Source: Faecousia sp. (lineage in GTDB: Bacteria > Bacillota > Clostridia > Oscillospirales > Oscillospiraceae). From it: a stretch of 64,000 bases of DNA. The stretch lies in the NCBI GenBank assembly GCA_045577715.1, contig JAZNIX010000036.1, positions 26,941-90,940 of the forward strand, in the 5' to 3' direction. The first letter of the stretch is position 1. Each line of letters opens with the position of its first letter. Made by a program: the position numbers and the translations under genes. The notes beneath the pieces are model-generated. The model had not been told where the DNA came from and ran no database searches. It saw only the letters and a list, made by a program, of their open reading frames with translations. Shown here one piece after another: positions 55,589 through 64,000 of this stretch.

Positions 55589-55632
55589 TAAAAGGTTGGA
55601 CAAAACAGACGCATTTTGTTTTTAAGAAGTAT

Positions 55633-55905
55633 CTATGAGTTTTCGGACAAGGCTTCAGTCAGAAGCTTGCTGGCAAGGCAAAAACCGTCACTGAACGCGC
55701 ACTTGGAAACTAGGCACACATACTCTTCCATACAATCCACATATTTCCCAAAGATATCCCTTTGTTGCCGCCCCAGCTCCTTATTGAGTTGTCCTTTGTG
55801 CCTTTCAATCAGACTGATCAGATCCTCTATTTCCGGATCACCAACGCCGCAATTCTCGGCTGATGTAATATTTCCGTTCCACAAATCTTCAATCGTGCGT
55901 TTCAT
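55633..55905 (-). CDS. Small hypothetical protein (DUF6809-like)
   Basis: IEDLWNGNI...AFSDGFCLASKLLTEA pattern; RBS gaggtg. Confidence 0.7.
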   Translation of the reverse strand: MKRTIEDLWNGNITSAENCGVGDPEIEDLISLIERHKGQLNKELGRQQRDIFGKYVDCMEEYVCLVSKCAFSDGFCLASKLLTEALSENS

Positions 55906-56001
55906 TGATATCACCTCAGCTTTCACACTTTTTGATTATAGGTCAGATTCGCCCTATTGTCAATAAGTCAATTTGCCATAATATGTGGTGAGGTGATATT
56001 T

Positions 56002-56226
56002 ATGGATCGACTGAAAAAGCTGAGGAAAGAGCGGGGATATACCCAAGTTAAAATGCAAATGCTAACAGGGATAGACCAAAGTGATTATTCCAAAATAGAG
56101 CAAGGAAAGCGATACTACACCTATGAGCAGTGCAAGCGAATCGCCGTTGCGCTGAACACCAGCATGGACTATTTGGCAGGGTTGACTGACGAAAAGCGGC
56201 CATATCCACGGAGCACCAAAGAATAA
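56002..56226 (+). CDS. XRE-family HTH transcriptional regulator
   Basis: RLKKLRKERGYTQ...IDQSDYSKIEQG...SMDYLAG. Confidence 0.88.
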   Translation: MDRLKKLRKERGYTQVKMQMLTGIDQSDYSKIEQGKRYYTYEQCKRIAVALNTSMDYLAGLTDEKRPYPRSTKE

Positions 56227-56261
56227 GCCTTTATTACTTCTGGCTTTGCGCCTTGCGGCGC

Positions 56262-56433
56262 TGGAGACTACGGGACTCGATTTGCATTTTCGCCTTTGGC
56301 GAAAATTATTGTGTTGCCATCGTCTAGCCGATGGCAAGCAACAGTCCACCGGACTGTTGCATTTAGATGGGTTCGAGTCCCTACCCTAATTTCACCAAAC
56401 AAAAAAAGACACCCACAGGGGTGTCTTTTTGTT
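56262..56433 (-). mobile_element. Non-coding mini-insertion at the tRNA-Val 3' end: duplicated 19 bp tRNA end, three-hairpin core and inverted target copy
   Basis: 56262-56280 equals 56437-56455. 56370-56381 is the reverse complement of 56447-56458. Confidence 0.65.
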
Positions 56434-56510
56434 TGGTGGAGACTACGGGACTCGAACCTGTGACCTCATGCGTGTGAAGCATGCGCTCTAACCAGCTGAG
56501 CTAAGCCTCC
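56434..56510 (-). tRNA. tRNA-Val (anticodon CAC)
   Basis: GGAGGCTTAGCTCAGCTGGTTAGAGCGCATGCTTCACACGCATGAGGTCACAGGTTCGAGTCCCGTAGTCTCCACCA folds as a cloverleaf with encoded CCA. Confidence 0.95.
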
Positions 56511-56619
56511 AAACAGGAACAGATAGAATTATATCACAAAATCAAGGAATGTCAACCCTAAATTCTTCCCCTTGTCAAATCTGAAAAATCTGTTACCATA
56601 ATCGTAAGAGGTGAGAAAA

Positions 56620-57297
56620 ATGCAGTATCAGCGCATGGTTCCGGGAATTTTTCTGGCGAGACCCAATCGGTTCATTGCCCATGTTGAGATTGACGGTGTC
56701 ACGGAGATTTGTCATGTGAAAAACACCGGAAGATGCCGGGAACTGTTACCCCCGGGCGCCCGGGTATGGTGTGAAAAAAGCGACAATCCCCAACGGAAAA
56801 CCAAATATGATTTAATTGCGGTGCAGAAAGGGGAGCGGCTCATCAATATGGATTCCCAAGCCCCCAATGCCGCGGTAAAGGAATGGCTGGCAGGCGGCGG
56901 CTTGGGAGAAATTTCCCAACTGCGTGCAGAAACGCTATGGGGAGCTTCCCGGTTTGATTTTTCCTTTGTTCGGGAAGGCAAGCCCTGCTTTTTGGAGGTC
57001 AAGGGTGTGACCTTGGAGGAAAATGGGGTGTGCGCCTTTCCGGATGCACCAACGGAGCGAGGAACAAGGCACTTAAAAGAGCTGCGCGAAGCGGTGAAAG
57101 CCGGTTATGGTGCGTATGTGCTGTTTGTGATTCAGATGGCAGAGGCAGCTTACCTGCATCCCAATGATGCCACCGACCCATCCTTTGGGCAGGCGTTGCG
57201 GGAAGCGGCGGAAAATGGGGTCAATGTTTTGGCCATGGACTGCACGGTGACGGAACGGGAAATGACCCTGCGCAGTCCGGTAAAGGTAGTATTATAA
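56620..57297 (+). CDS. sfsA: Sugar fermentation stimulation protein / DNA-RNA nuclease SfsA
   Basis: RPNRF, HVKNTGR, SRFDF, EVKGVTL and FPDAPTERG. Confidence 0.93.
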   Translation: MQYQRMVPGIFLARPNRFIAHVEIDGVTEICHVKNTGRCRELLPPGARVWCEKSDNPQRKTKYDLIAVQKGERLINMDSQAPNAAVKEWLAGGGLGEISQLRAETLWGASRFDFSFVREGKPCFLEVKGVTLEENGVCAFPDAPTERGTRHLKELREAVKAGYGAYVLFVIQMAEAAYLHPNDATDPSFGQALREAAENGVNVLAMDCTVTEREMTLRSPVKVVL

Positions 57298-57360
57298 GGA
57301 AACATCCCCTCCACCGGAGGGGATGGTTTGTTTATTGGATGGATTTTGCAGTGAATCATG

Positions 57361-58047
57361 TTACAGTGTTTCCAAGAGCGGTGCTAATTGGGAAAGCCGT
57401 TCGATTTCAAGGTCCGGCTGCAATGCTTCCGGTGCCGCAACGTGATGGGGATTGACCCAACAGGTGCGGATACCGGCATTTTTGCCGCCCTGAATATCTG
57501 AAGTCAGGCTGTCGCCTACGATTAAGGATTTAAGGGGGTCAAAGTCTGGAATCTGAGAAAAGCATCGCTGGAAATAAGTAAGAGACGGCTTATTTGCTCC
57601 GATTTCTTCAGATATAAAGGTCTTTTCAAAAAAGCGGTAGAGGTTGGCGCTGGTCATACGCCCGGCCTGCACCGAGGCAGTGCCGTTGCTGACAAGAAAC
57701 AGCCGATATTTTTTGCTTAATGCGGTCACCGCTTCCTCAGCACCGGGAAGAAAGTAGTGGCCGATTCCCAACAAAGCCTCATAATTCTTGGCAGTGGCGA
57801 CAGGGTCAGCGGTCACGCCCAAGGCTTCAAACAGACGGGCAAAGCGGAAAACCTTTACCTGCGCCCGGGTGATTTCTCCACGCTCCAGCATTTCCCAGTG
57901 CTGTTTGTTGATTTGGCTGTATAGCGCCACATTTTCCTCTGACAGTGTTACGCCGGCTTTTTCCAGTGTCTTTCGGATGGCGATGGATTCTGCTTTGTGA
58001 AAGTCCAGAATCGTATCGTCTAAATCCAGAAACAAAAACTCAACCAT
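57361..58047 (-). CDS. HAD-family nucleotidase (YjjG-like)
   Basis: DLDDTILDF, SNG, KP and VGDSLTSDIQGG. Confidence 0.88.
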   Translation of the reverse strand: MVEFLFLDLDDTILDFHKAESIAIRKTLEKAGVTLSEENVALYSQINKQHWEMLERGEITRAQVKVFRFARLFEALGVTADPVATAKNYEALLGIGHYFLPGAEEAVTALSKKYRLFLVSNGTASVQAGRMTSANLYRFFEKTFISEEIGANKPSLTYFQRCFSQIPDFDPLKSLIVGDSLTSDIQGGKNAGIRTCWVNPHHVAAPEALQPDLEIERLSQLAPLLETL

Positions 58048-58909
58048 GGTACAATCTCCCGGTAATCTCATTGGCAAGAATGGCGAATTCCGGGATGCCC
58101 AGCACTTCGCCCCGAATATTTTCATCAAAGCCGCAGGCCCGAAGAACATCGGTTGCACCGGCCTTTCCCAGTTCCGGAAAACCGCTGGCCAGACCGTTGC
58201 TGAGCTTTTTGCGGCGCATGGCGAAGCTGGCCCGGACAGTACGGAAGAAGACCTGCTGATTTGCGATGTCCCAAGGCCGCTCTTTTCTTACACGCAAGGA
58301 AACCACAGCGGAGGTTACCTTAGGCTGCGGCAGAAAACAGTGGGCAGGCACATCAAACAGCACCTCCGGCTGGGCATAATACTGACAGAAGATGGTAAAG
58401 GCGCTGTAATCTTCCGAGTTGGGAACTGCGGCAATACGCTGTGCCACTTCCTTTTGCACCATAACGGTGACGGAATCAAAACACTCGGCTTCCAGCAAAG
58501 CAGTTAGGATGGGGGAGGTAATATAATAAGGCAGATTGGCACAGGCCATAGGTCTTAAACCCGGAAACTTTTCTTTTACCAGGGCAGGGATGTCAAGCTT
58601 CAACACATCCTCCCATAGAATTTCTAAATTTTCAAATTCACCTACGGTTTGTTTTAGTATCGGCTCTAAGCGGCGGTCCACCTCTACGGCACAGACCTTG
58701 CCGGCCCGCAGAGCCAGCTGTTGTGTCAGAGGGCCGATTCCCGGGCCGATTTCCAAAACACCGGCAGCAGAGTCCACACCCGCATCCCGGGCAATGGATT
58801 CCGGCACCCAGGTCGCAATGAGAAAATTTTGGCCCTTGGCCTTGGAAAAGTGGAAGCCGTGCTCTGCAAGCAAGGGCTTCATCACTTGAATATCACAAAC
58901 ATTAATCAT
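58040..58909 (-). CDS. rsmA: 16S rRNA m6,2A dimethyltransferase RsmA/KsgA
   Basis: GQNFL, LEIGPGIG, ANLPYYIT, MVQKEVA and FAMRRK. Confidence 0.95.
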   Translation of the reverse strand: MINVCDIQVMKPLLAEHGFHFSKAKGQNFLIATWVPESIARDAGVDSAAGVLEIGPGIGPLTQQLALRAGKVCAVEVDRRLEPILKQTVGEFENLEILWEDVLKLDIPALVKEKFPGLRPMACANLPYYITSPILTALLEAECFDSVTVMVQKEVAQRIAAVPNSEDYSAFTIFCQYYAQPEVLFDVPAHCFLPQPKVTSAVVSLRVRKERPWDIANQQVFFRTVRASFAMRRKKLSNGLASGFPELGKAGATDVLRACGFDENIRGEVLGIPEFAILANEITGRLYHG

Positions 58910-58965
58910 AAAAAATCCGCCTTTCTTTCGGTTAGTATACCAAAAGAAAGGCGGTTTTGCAAGAA

Positions 58966-60096
58966 TTATCCCAAGAAATACACTTGGCAGTTACGGATAC
59001 CGAATTGGATACATTCCTCTACGGTATCAAAATACAGGTCAACCCGGTGGCCCTTAATGGAGCTGCCGCAGTCCTCGGCTACGGCAATGCCGTAAACGTA
59101 TTGACCGTCATTGGTCACTATGTACATACGTGTTCCGTAGGGAATGACTCTGGGGTCTACCGCAATGGCACCAACCCGGCAATATGTACCAATGGCGGTG
59201 AAATCGGTACAGCCAGGGTCAGCCTTGTTGTAGGCGGTTGCCTTAAATTCCTCCACCCGGGTATAGGTCAAAACCTCTCCGTCGGGGGTGGTAATGGTGC
59301 CGTTGCTGATAACAGGCTGGCTGGGAGATACCTGCGGCACTTCCGGCTCCGGCTCCGGTTCGGGCTCCGGCTCCGGTACGGTTTCTTCCGGCATGGGAAT
59401 GGGCTCCAGGGTTTCTACGTCCGTGCCAATGGCAATCACGGTGTCCACCGGCTGACGGGCTACCACCTGAGAGTTGACAACCCGGTTAATTTCCTGTCCG
59501 TCAACATAGTAAACGGTGGCGGAGCAAAGAAGCTGACCGTCTGCTCCGGATGTAAGCACCACTTCTTCCCCTTCCTTTAAGGAAGCGTCATAGCAGTAAA
59601 CGGTGTTATGCGGGATGGCAACCGTATAGGTTTCCTCTGCCTGGACAGACCGGGCAATGGTCAGCACCATACCGTCGTAGGTGGCAGTGTTCAGCGGAAG
59701 GGACAAAACATCATCTGCTGTCAGAATCAGATTGATACGGTTCAGCAGGGATTCTACCGTTTCGCCGTAGCTGCTGACCTGGAGGGTTTTGCTTCCGTGG
59801 ACAATGGTAATGTTCTGCTTTCTCTGAACAGTGATTTCTGATACACCGGATGTGTTTTGTGTTGTGTAGGTATCATCCTCGCCCAGCGTAAAACCGGCTT
59901 CGTGTAAGATATCGGCAGGATTGGTGGCATAGGTGGTATGAAGCAGAACGCGATCACCGTCATTGATTAAGTAGGCGTTTCTTGCAAAGGCTGTTTGCGC
60001 AAGCAAAAGGGAAATGCAAACAACACTCAATACCACAGCAATAATGCGGGTAAGAATTTTCATTTTCTTTTTCATGAAACGATTGTATTCCAGCAT
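58966..60096 (-). CDS. YabE/Sps-like cell-wall protein: DUF348 repeats, G5 and 3D lytic transglycosylase-like domain
   Basis: ATAY, IAVDPRVIPYG and AEDCG...VDLY (3D motif); Pro-Glu linker; upstream of rsmA as with yabE. Confidence 0.85.
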   Translation of the reverse strand: MLEYNRFMKKKMKILTRIIAVVLSVVCISLLLAQTAFARNAYLINDGDRVLLHTTYATNPADILHEAGFTLGEDDTYTTQNTSGVSEITVQRKQNITIVHGSKTLQVSSYGETVESLLNRINLILTADDVLSLPLNTATYDGMVLTIARSVQAEETYTVAIPHNTVYCYDASLKEGEEVVLTSGADGQLLCSATVYYVDGQEINRVVNSQVVARQPVDTVIAIGTDVETLEPIPMPEETVPEPEPEPEPEPEVPQVSPSQPVISNGTITTPDGEVLTYTRVEEFKATAYNKADPGCTDFTAIGTYCRVGAIAVDPRVIPYGTRMYIVTNDGQYVYGIAVAEDCGSSIKGHRVDLYFDTVEECIQFGIRNCQVYFLG

Positions 60097-60469
60097 AGAA
60101 TGTACCTCCTTTCGGAATCAATGCATTAGATACGAAAGCGTATCAAATAGTTACAGAATGAATTTATGTATGGGAAATTGAATGTATTATAACATTTTTT
60201 GTTAAAAAGTCAAGCCTTTTCGTTAAAATGACAGGAAATGACAACATTTCGATAAATTATGTTAATTTAATTATGTAAACTTTCATCCAAAATATACAGC
60301 ACAAAGGGCGCTGCAACCACTATATCTGGTATAAATGGGAAAAGAAGTTTACATAATTGGTTAAAATTTGTAACTATTTATTATGACCGAAAAAATTTGC
60401 TTGAGAGGGGTACAATGGGGCAGGAAGTATTGACAAGGGAAGGAAATTGTGTTAAATTTATCGGGTAAA

Positions 60470-60700
60470 GGCTGTGATGAAGACACGCATACCGGAAGAG
60501 TGCCCAGAGAGGAGCCTAATTGGTGAAATGGCTCTGCAACGGATTCCTGTATGATACCACTTCTGAGCTGCACGGGCGGAAATGCCCTGCCGGGAGCACC
60601 CGTTATTGTGCCAATGAGTGGCGGTATATGTACCGCAACCAGGGTGGAACCGTGGAATACTTTGTATCCCACCCCTGATTTTTCAGGGGTGGGATTTTTT
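60470..60700 (+). promoter_or_regulatory. T-box riboswitch, specifier ACC (Thr)
   Basis: ACC at 60556-60558. T-box AACCAGGGTGGAACCGTG. Terminator cccacccctga...tcaggggtggg followed by a T tract. Promoter TTGACA-N17-TAAATT at 60430-60458. Confidence 0.92.
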
Positions 60701-60729
60701 CTTGCCCCAATACTAAGGAGGCAATTATC

Positions 60730-62526
60730 ATGTCCGAAGAAAACCTGTATACCTTTGAAAACCCCGAATACCGTAAGACCTTCTGGCACACCAGCTCCCA
60801 TGTGATGGCGCAGGCCGTCAAGCGCCTGTGGCCGGAGGTGCAGCTGGCCATCGGCCCTGCCATTGACGAGGGCTGGTACTATGACTTTGATGCACCCTTT
60901 ACCTTTACGCCGGAGCATCTGGAGAAGATCGAAGGGGAAATGAAGAAAATCATCAAAGAGCGCATCCGTTTGGAGCGGAGCGAGCGGCCCCGCAGTGAAG
61001 CCATTGCTTGGGCAGAGGCCAACAATGAGCCCTATAAGAAAGAGCTGATTGAAGACCTCCCCGAAGATGCCGTCATCTCCTTCTATACCCAAGGGGACTT
61101 TACGGACTTGTGTGCCGGTCCCCATCTGGACCACACCGGCCGTCTGCGCCACAACGGCTTTAAGCTGACCAAATCCTGCGGTGCATACTGGCGGGGCGAC
61201 AGCAACCGCAAGATGCTCCAGAGAATTTACGGTATTGGCTTCCCCAGCAAGGATGAGCTGGATGCCTATTTGGCCGCCCAGGAGGAGGCCTTGAAGCGGG
61301 ACCATAACAAGCTGGGCCGTGAGCTGGAATACTTTACCACGGTGGAGGAGATTGGACAGGGCCTGCCGATTTTACTGCCTAAGGGCGCAAGAGTGATTCA
61401 GACACTGCAGCGCTGGGTAGAAGACGAGGAACAAAAGCGCGGCTATCTTCTCACCAAGACACCTTTGATGGCGAAGCGGGATTTGTACCGGATTTCCGGT
61501 CACTGGGATCACTATCTTGACGGTATGTTTATTCTGGGTGACCCGTATGACGAGGAAAAGGAATGCTTTGCACTGCGTCCCATGACCTGTCCTTTCCAGT
61601 ATCAGGTCTATTTGAACCGGGCCCGGTCCTACCGTGACCTGCCCATGCGCCTTGGAGAGACCTCCACACTGTTCCGCAACGAGGACAGCGGCGAGATGCA
61701 CGGACTGATTCGTGTCCGTCAGTTTACCATTTCCGAGGGCCATCTGGTACCCCGGCCTGATCAGCTGGAGGAGGAGTGTAAGGGCTGTCTGGAGCTGGCA
61801 AAATACTGTCTGGATACGGTGGGCATGCTGGAAAACTGCACCTTCCGCTTCTCCCAGTGGGATCCTGCCAAGGCAGGCATCAAATACGAAGGCACTGCCG
61901 AGCAGTGGGAAACCGCCCAGGCAGTTATGAAGGGAATTTTGGATAACATTGGTCTGGATTATGAGGTGGGCATTGACGAGGCTGCCTTCTACGGCCCCAA
62001 GCTGGATATTCAGTATAAGAATGTGTTCGGCAAGGAGGATACCATCGTTACCATCCAGATTGATATGCTGCTGGCTCAGAAGTTCGGTATGGAGTATACG
62101 GATTCTGACGGACAGAAAAAGATTCCCTATATCATTCACCGCACCTCCCTGGGCTGTTATGAGCGTACCCTGGCCTACCTGATTGAGCGTTATGCAGGTG
62201 CGCTGCCCCTGTGGATGATGCCCACCCAGGTGAAGGTTCTGCCCATTACGGATAGAGCCCATGACTATGCCAAGGATTTGGCAGAAAAGCTGAATGGGCT
62301 GAACATCCATGCAGAAACCGATTGCCGCAGTGAAAAGCTGGGCTACAAGATTCGGGAAGCCCAGATGCAGAAAATTCCTTATATGCTGGTCATCGGTGAC
62401 CGGGATATGGAAAACGGTACCGTTTCTGTCCGTACCCGGAAAGGCGAGGACTTGGGCGCCATGACTCCCGATGCATTTATTGCAAAGTGCTTGGCAGAGA
62501 TTGCTTCCAAGAGCAAAGAGGTTTAA
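60730..62526 (+). CDS. thrS: Threonine--tRNA ligase (apparently lacking the N-terminal TGS domain)
   Basis: HTSSHVMAQAV, DLCAGPH, RDHNKLG, SGHW, PMTCP, AFYGPKLD and IHR; Thr T-box upstream. Confidence 0.97.
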   Translation: MSEENLYTFENPEYRKTFWHTSSHVMAQAVKRLWPEVQLAIGPAIDEGWYYDFDAPFTFTPEHLEKIEGEMKKIIKERIRLERSERPRSEAIAWAEANNEPYKKELIEDLPEDAVISFYTQGDFTDLCAGPHLDHTGRLRHNGFKLTKSCGAYWRGDSNRKMLQRIYGIGFPSKDELDAYLAAQEEALKRDHNKLGRELEYFTTVEEIGQGLPILLPKGARVIQTLQRWVEDEEQKRGYLLTKTPLMAKRDLYRISGHWDHYLDGMFILGDPYDEEKECFALRPMTCPFQYQVYLNRARSYRDLPMRLGETSTLFRNEDSGEMHGLIRVRQFTISEGHLVPRPDQLEEECKGCLELAKYCLDTVGMLENCTFRFSQWDPAKAGIKYEGTAEQWETAQAVMKGILDNIGLDYEVGIDEAAFYGPKLDIQYKNVFGKEDTIVTIQIDMLLAQKFGMEYTDSDGQKKIPYIIHRTSLGCYERTLAYLIERYAGALPLWMMPTQVKVLPITDRAHDYAKDLAEKLNGLNIHAETDCRSEKLGYKIREAQMQKIPYMLVIGDRDMENGTVSVRTRKGEDLGAMTPDAFIAKCLAEIASKSKEV

Positions 62527-62619
62527 TTTTACAAGCCGCCCGATACCACCGGGCGGCTTGTTTTTCCCTCGGGGGTGTGATATACTGTATGCAAGACAAC
62601 CGCTTTTGCAGGAGGGGCT

Positions 62620-63399
62620 ATGGGAAAAACAACACAATCTCTGGGAAAATGGCTGATTCCCGTGGCCTTTGTACTGTTGGGGGCTGTTTTTTACCGGGCA
62701 ATTCACGGACATGGCTTTTTGGGGCTGATAAGCTTTTGCATTGCCGGGGTCATTACCTGCTATTATTTGCTGAATTTCCTTCAGAGAAGATTTGAAAAAA
62801 CAGCAAAGCTTTTGAGAATACTATTCACAGCCGGGCTGTGCCTTGGAATTTTGATTTTTGCCGTTACGGAGGGAATCATTATAAAGGCCAGTCTGGGAAG
62901 TTCGGAAAATGACTGTAAGTACATGGTGGTATTGGGGGCAAAGGTGAATGGAACTGCTCCGTCGGTATCTTTAAGCGACCGCTTAGATGCCACCTATGAT
63001 TATTTGACAGAGCATCCCCAGGTCATCGCGATTCTTTCCGGTGGACAGGGGGAGGATGAGGGCATCTCAGAAGCCCAGTGCATGTTTGAACAGCTGACAG
63101 CCCGGGGAATTGATGCCCAGCGGCTGTGGTTGGAGGAGAAAGCCACGTCTACGTGGGAGAATTTAAAGTTTTCTCTCAATCTGATTGAAGAAAAAACCGG
63201 TATCCGACCGGAGAAAATCGGTTTACTGTCCAGCGAATACCATCTGTTTCGGGCCAGCCTGTTTGCCCGGGACTGCGGTGTGGAGGCCCAGGGAATTCCC
63301 GCAAGAGCCAGTTGGCCCTCGATTCGCATCAATTATTTTCTGCGGGAGGTTGCCGGCGTGTGGCATTATATCATTTTAGGAGGACAATATCATGATTGA
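62620..63399 (+). CDS. YdcF (DUF218) family membrane protein
   Basis: Three TM helices, VVLGA, SGGQG, STWENL and YHLFRA. Confidence 0.85.
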   Translation: MGKTTQSLGKWLIPVAFVLLGAVFYRAIHGHGFLGLISFCIAGVITCYYLLNFLQRRFEKTAKLLRILFTAGLCLGILIFAVTEGIIIKASLGSSENDCKYMVVLGAKVNGTAPSVSLSDRLDATYDYLTEHPQVIAILSGGQGEDEGISEAQCMFEQLTARGIDAQRLWLEEKATSTWENLKFSLNLIEEKTGIRPEKIGLLSSEYHLFRASLFARDCGVEAQGIPARASWPSIRINYFLREVAGVWHYIILGGQYHD

Positions 63400-64000
63400 A
63401 CGGATGTATGCCGAATATGCTTGGGAAAAGACGGAGAATCTGCTTTCCATCGATTCTCCCTCGGGTTATACGGAAAAGGCGGCGCTGTGGGTAAAAGAGG
63501 CCTTTGAAAAACTGGGCTTTGAGGCAAATATTACCCAGAAAGGCGGCGTGATGGTAGATTTGGGCGGCGAAGACCGGGAGGACGGCTTGCTGCTGGAGGC
63601 CCATGTGGATACACTGGGAGGTATGGTGGCACAGATAAAGGGCGATGGCCGTCTGCGCCTGACTGCTTTGGGCGGTATGAACCCCAATAACGGCGAAGCG
63701 GAAAATGTCTGGGTCTATACCCGCTCCGGAAAAATTATTGACGGCACACTGCAGCTTTGCAATGCATCTGTTCATGTGAACGGAGAATATTCCAACGCAA
63801 AGCGCTCCTTTGATACCATGGAGGTGGTGCTGGACGAGGATGTGCGCTCTGCCGAAGATACCAGAGCCTTGGGGATTGAGGTGGGGGATGTTGTGTGCTT
63901 TGAGCCCAGAACCCGCCGCACAGCTTCCGGGTATTTGAAGAGCCGTTTTCTGGACGATAAGCTGTCTGTGGGTATTTTACTGGGCTTTGCCAAGTATTTA
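63392..64000 (+). CDS. M42 family metallopeptidase, 3'-truncated by the window
   Basis: Manual translation gives MIERMYAEYAWEKTENLLSIDSPSGYT...EAHVDTLGGMV...SRFLDDKLSVG. Confidence 0.85.
   Translation, partial: MIERMYAEYAWEKTENLLSIDSPSGYTEKAALWVKEAFEKLGFEANITQKGGVMVDLGGEDREDGLLLEAHVDTLGGMVAQIKGDGRLRLTALGGMNPNNGEAENVWVYTRSGKIIDGTLQLCNASVHVNGEYSNAKRSFDTMEVVLDEDVRSAEDTRALGIEVGDVVCFEPRTRRTASGYLKSRFLDDKLSVGILLGFAKYL

Noticed and set aside
59341-59378. Hexamer tandem repeat (ccggct)n
   Set aside because: It encodes an ordinary Pro-Glu linker in the G5/3D protein; it is in frame and not a phase-variation tract or CRISPR.
25391-62712. Long antisense ORFs (e.g. 25391-26077, 31189-32277, 36589-37854, 39106-40323, 47263-48726, 61372-62712)
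   Set aside because: They are shadows of well-supported genes on the opposite strand, expected from codon bias, with no motifs or RBS support.
1-64000. CRISPR array, rRNA, integrase, transposase or prophage
   Set aside because: No regularly spaced repeats or recognisable recombinase or phage structural genes were seen. The GH24 domain sits in a signal-peptide-bearing cellular protein, not a lysis cassette.

Overview
A ~64 kb chromosomal segment of a moderately GC-rich anaerobic Firmicute. Gene content and T-box usage look like Clostridia, probably Oscillospiraceae (inference). Most of it is housekeeping: dprA-topA-trmFO-plsX-rnc, rpmB, hprK, mnmA, rplM-rpsI, dusB, xpt, rsmA, thrS, and a purine-nucleoside ABC transporter under a guanine riboswitch. 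Four things stand out. (1) A 14 kb locus (30.9-44.7 kb) has three acyl-CoA ligases, each behind its own T-box riboswitch with Leu, Ile and Val/Leu specifier codons, plus a catalytically degenerate LeuA-like protein and a 2-oxoacid:ferredoxin oxidoreductase operon. This fits tRNA-sensed salvage of branched-chain fatty acids into branched-chain amino acids. (2) Two ~200 bp integrase-free mini-insertions at the 3' ends of rpsI and tRNA-Val share one architecture: an inverted copy of the target, a three-hairpin core and a direct copy of the target 3' end. Each lies next to a small accessory island flanked by duplicated terminators. (3) Two unrelated AT-rich gene cassettes end in the same 23 bp motif. 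(4) A dockerin-bearing GH24 lysozyme is encoded next to a membrane-anchored cohesin. No CRISPR array, rRNA, integrase or transposase was seen. All calls come from reading the sequence by eye; no searches were run.
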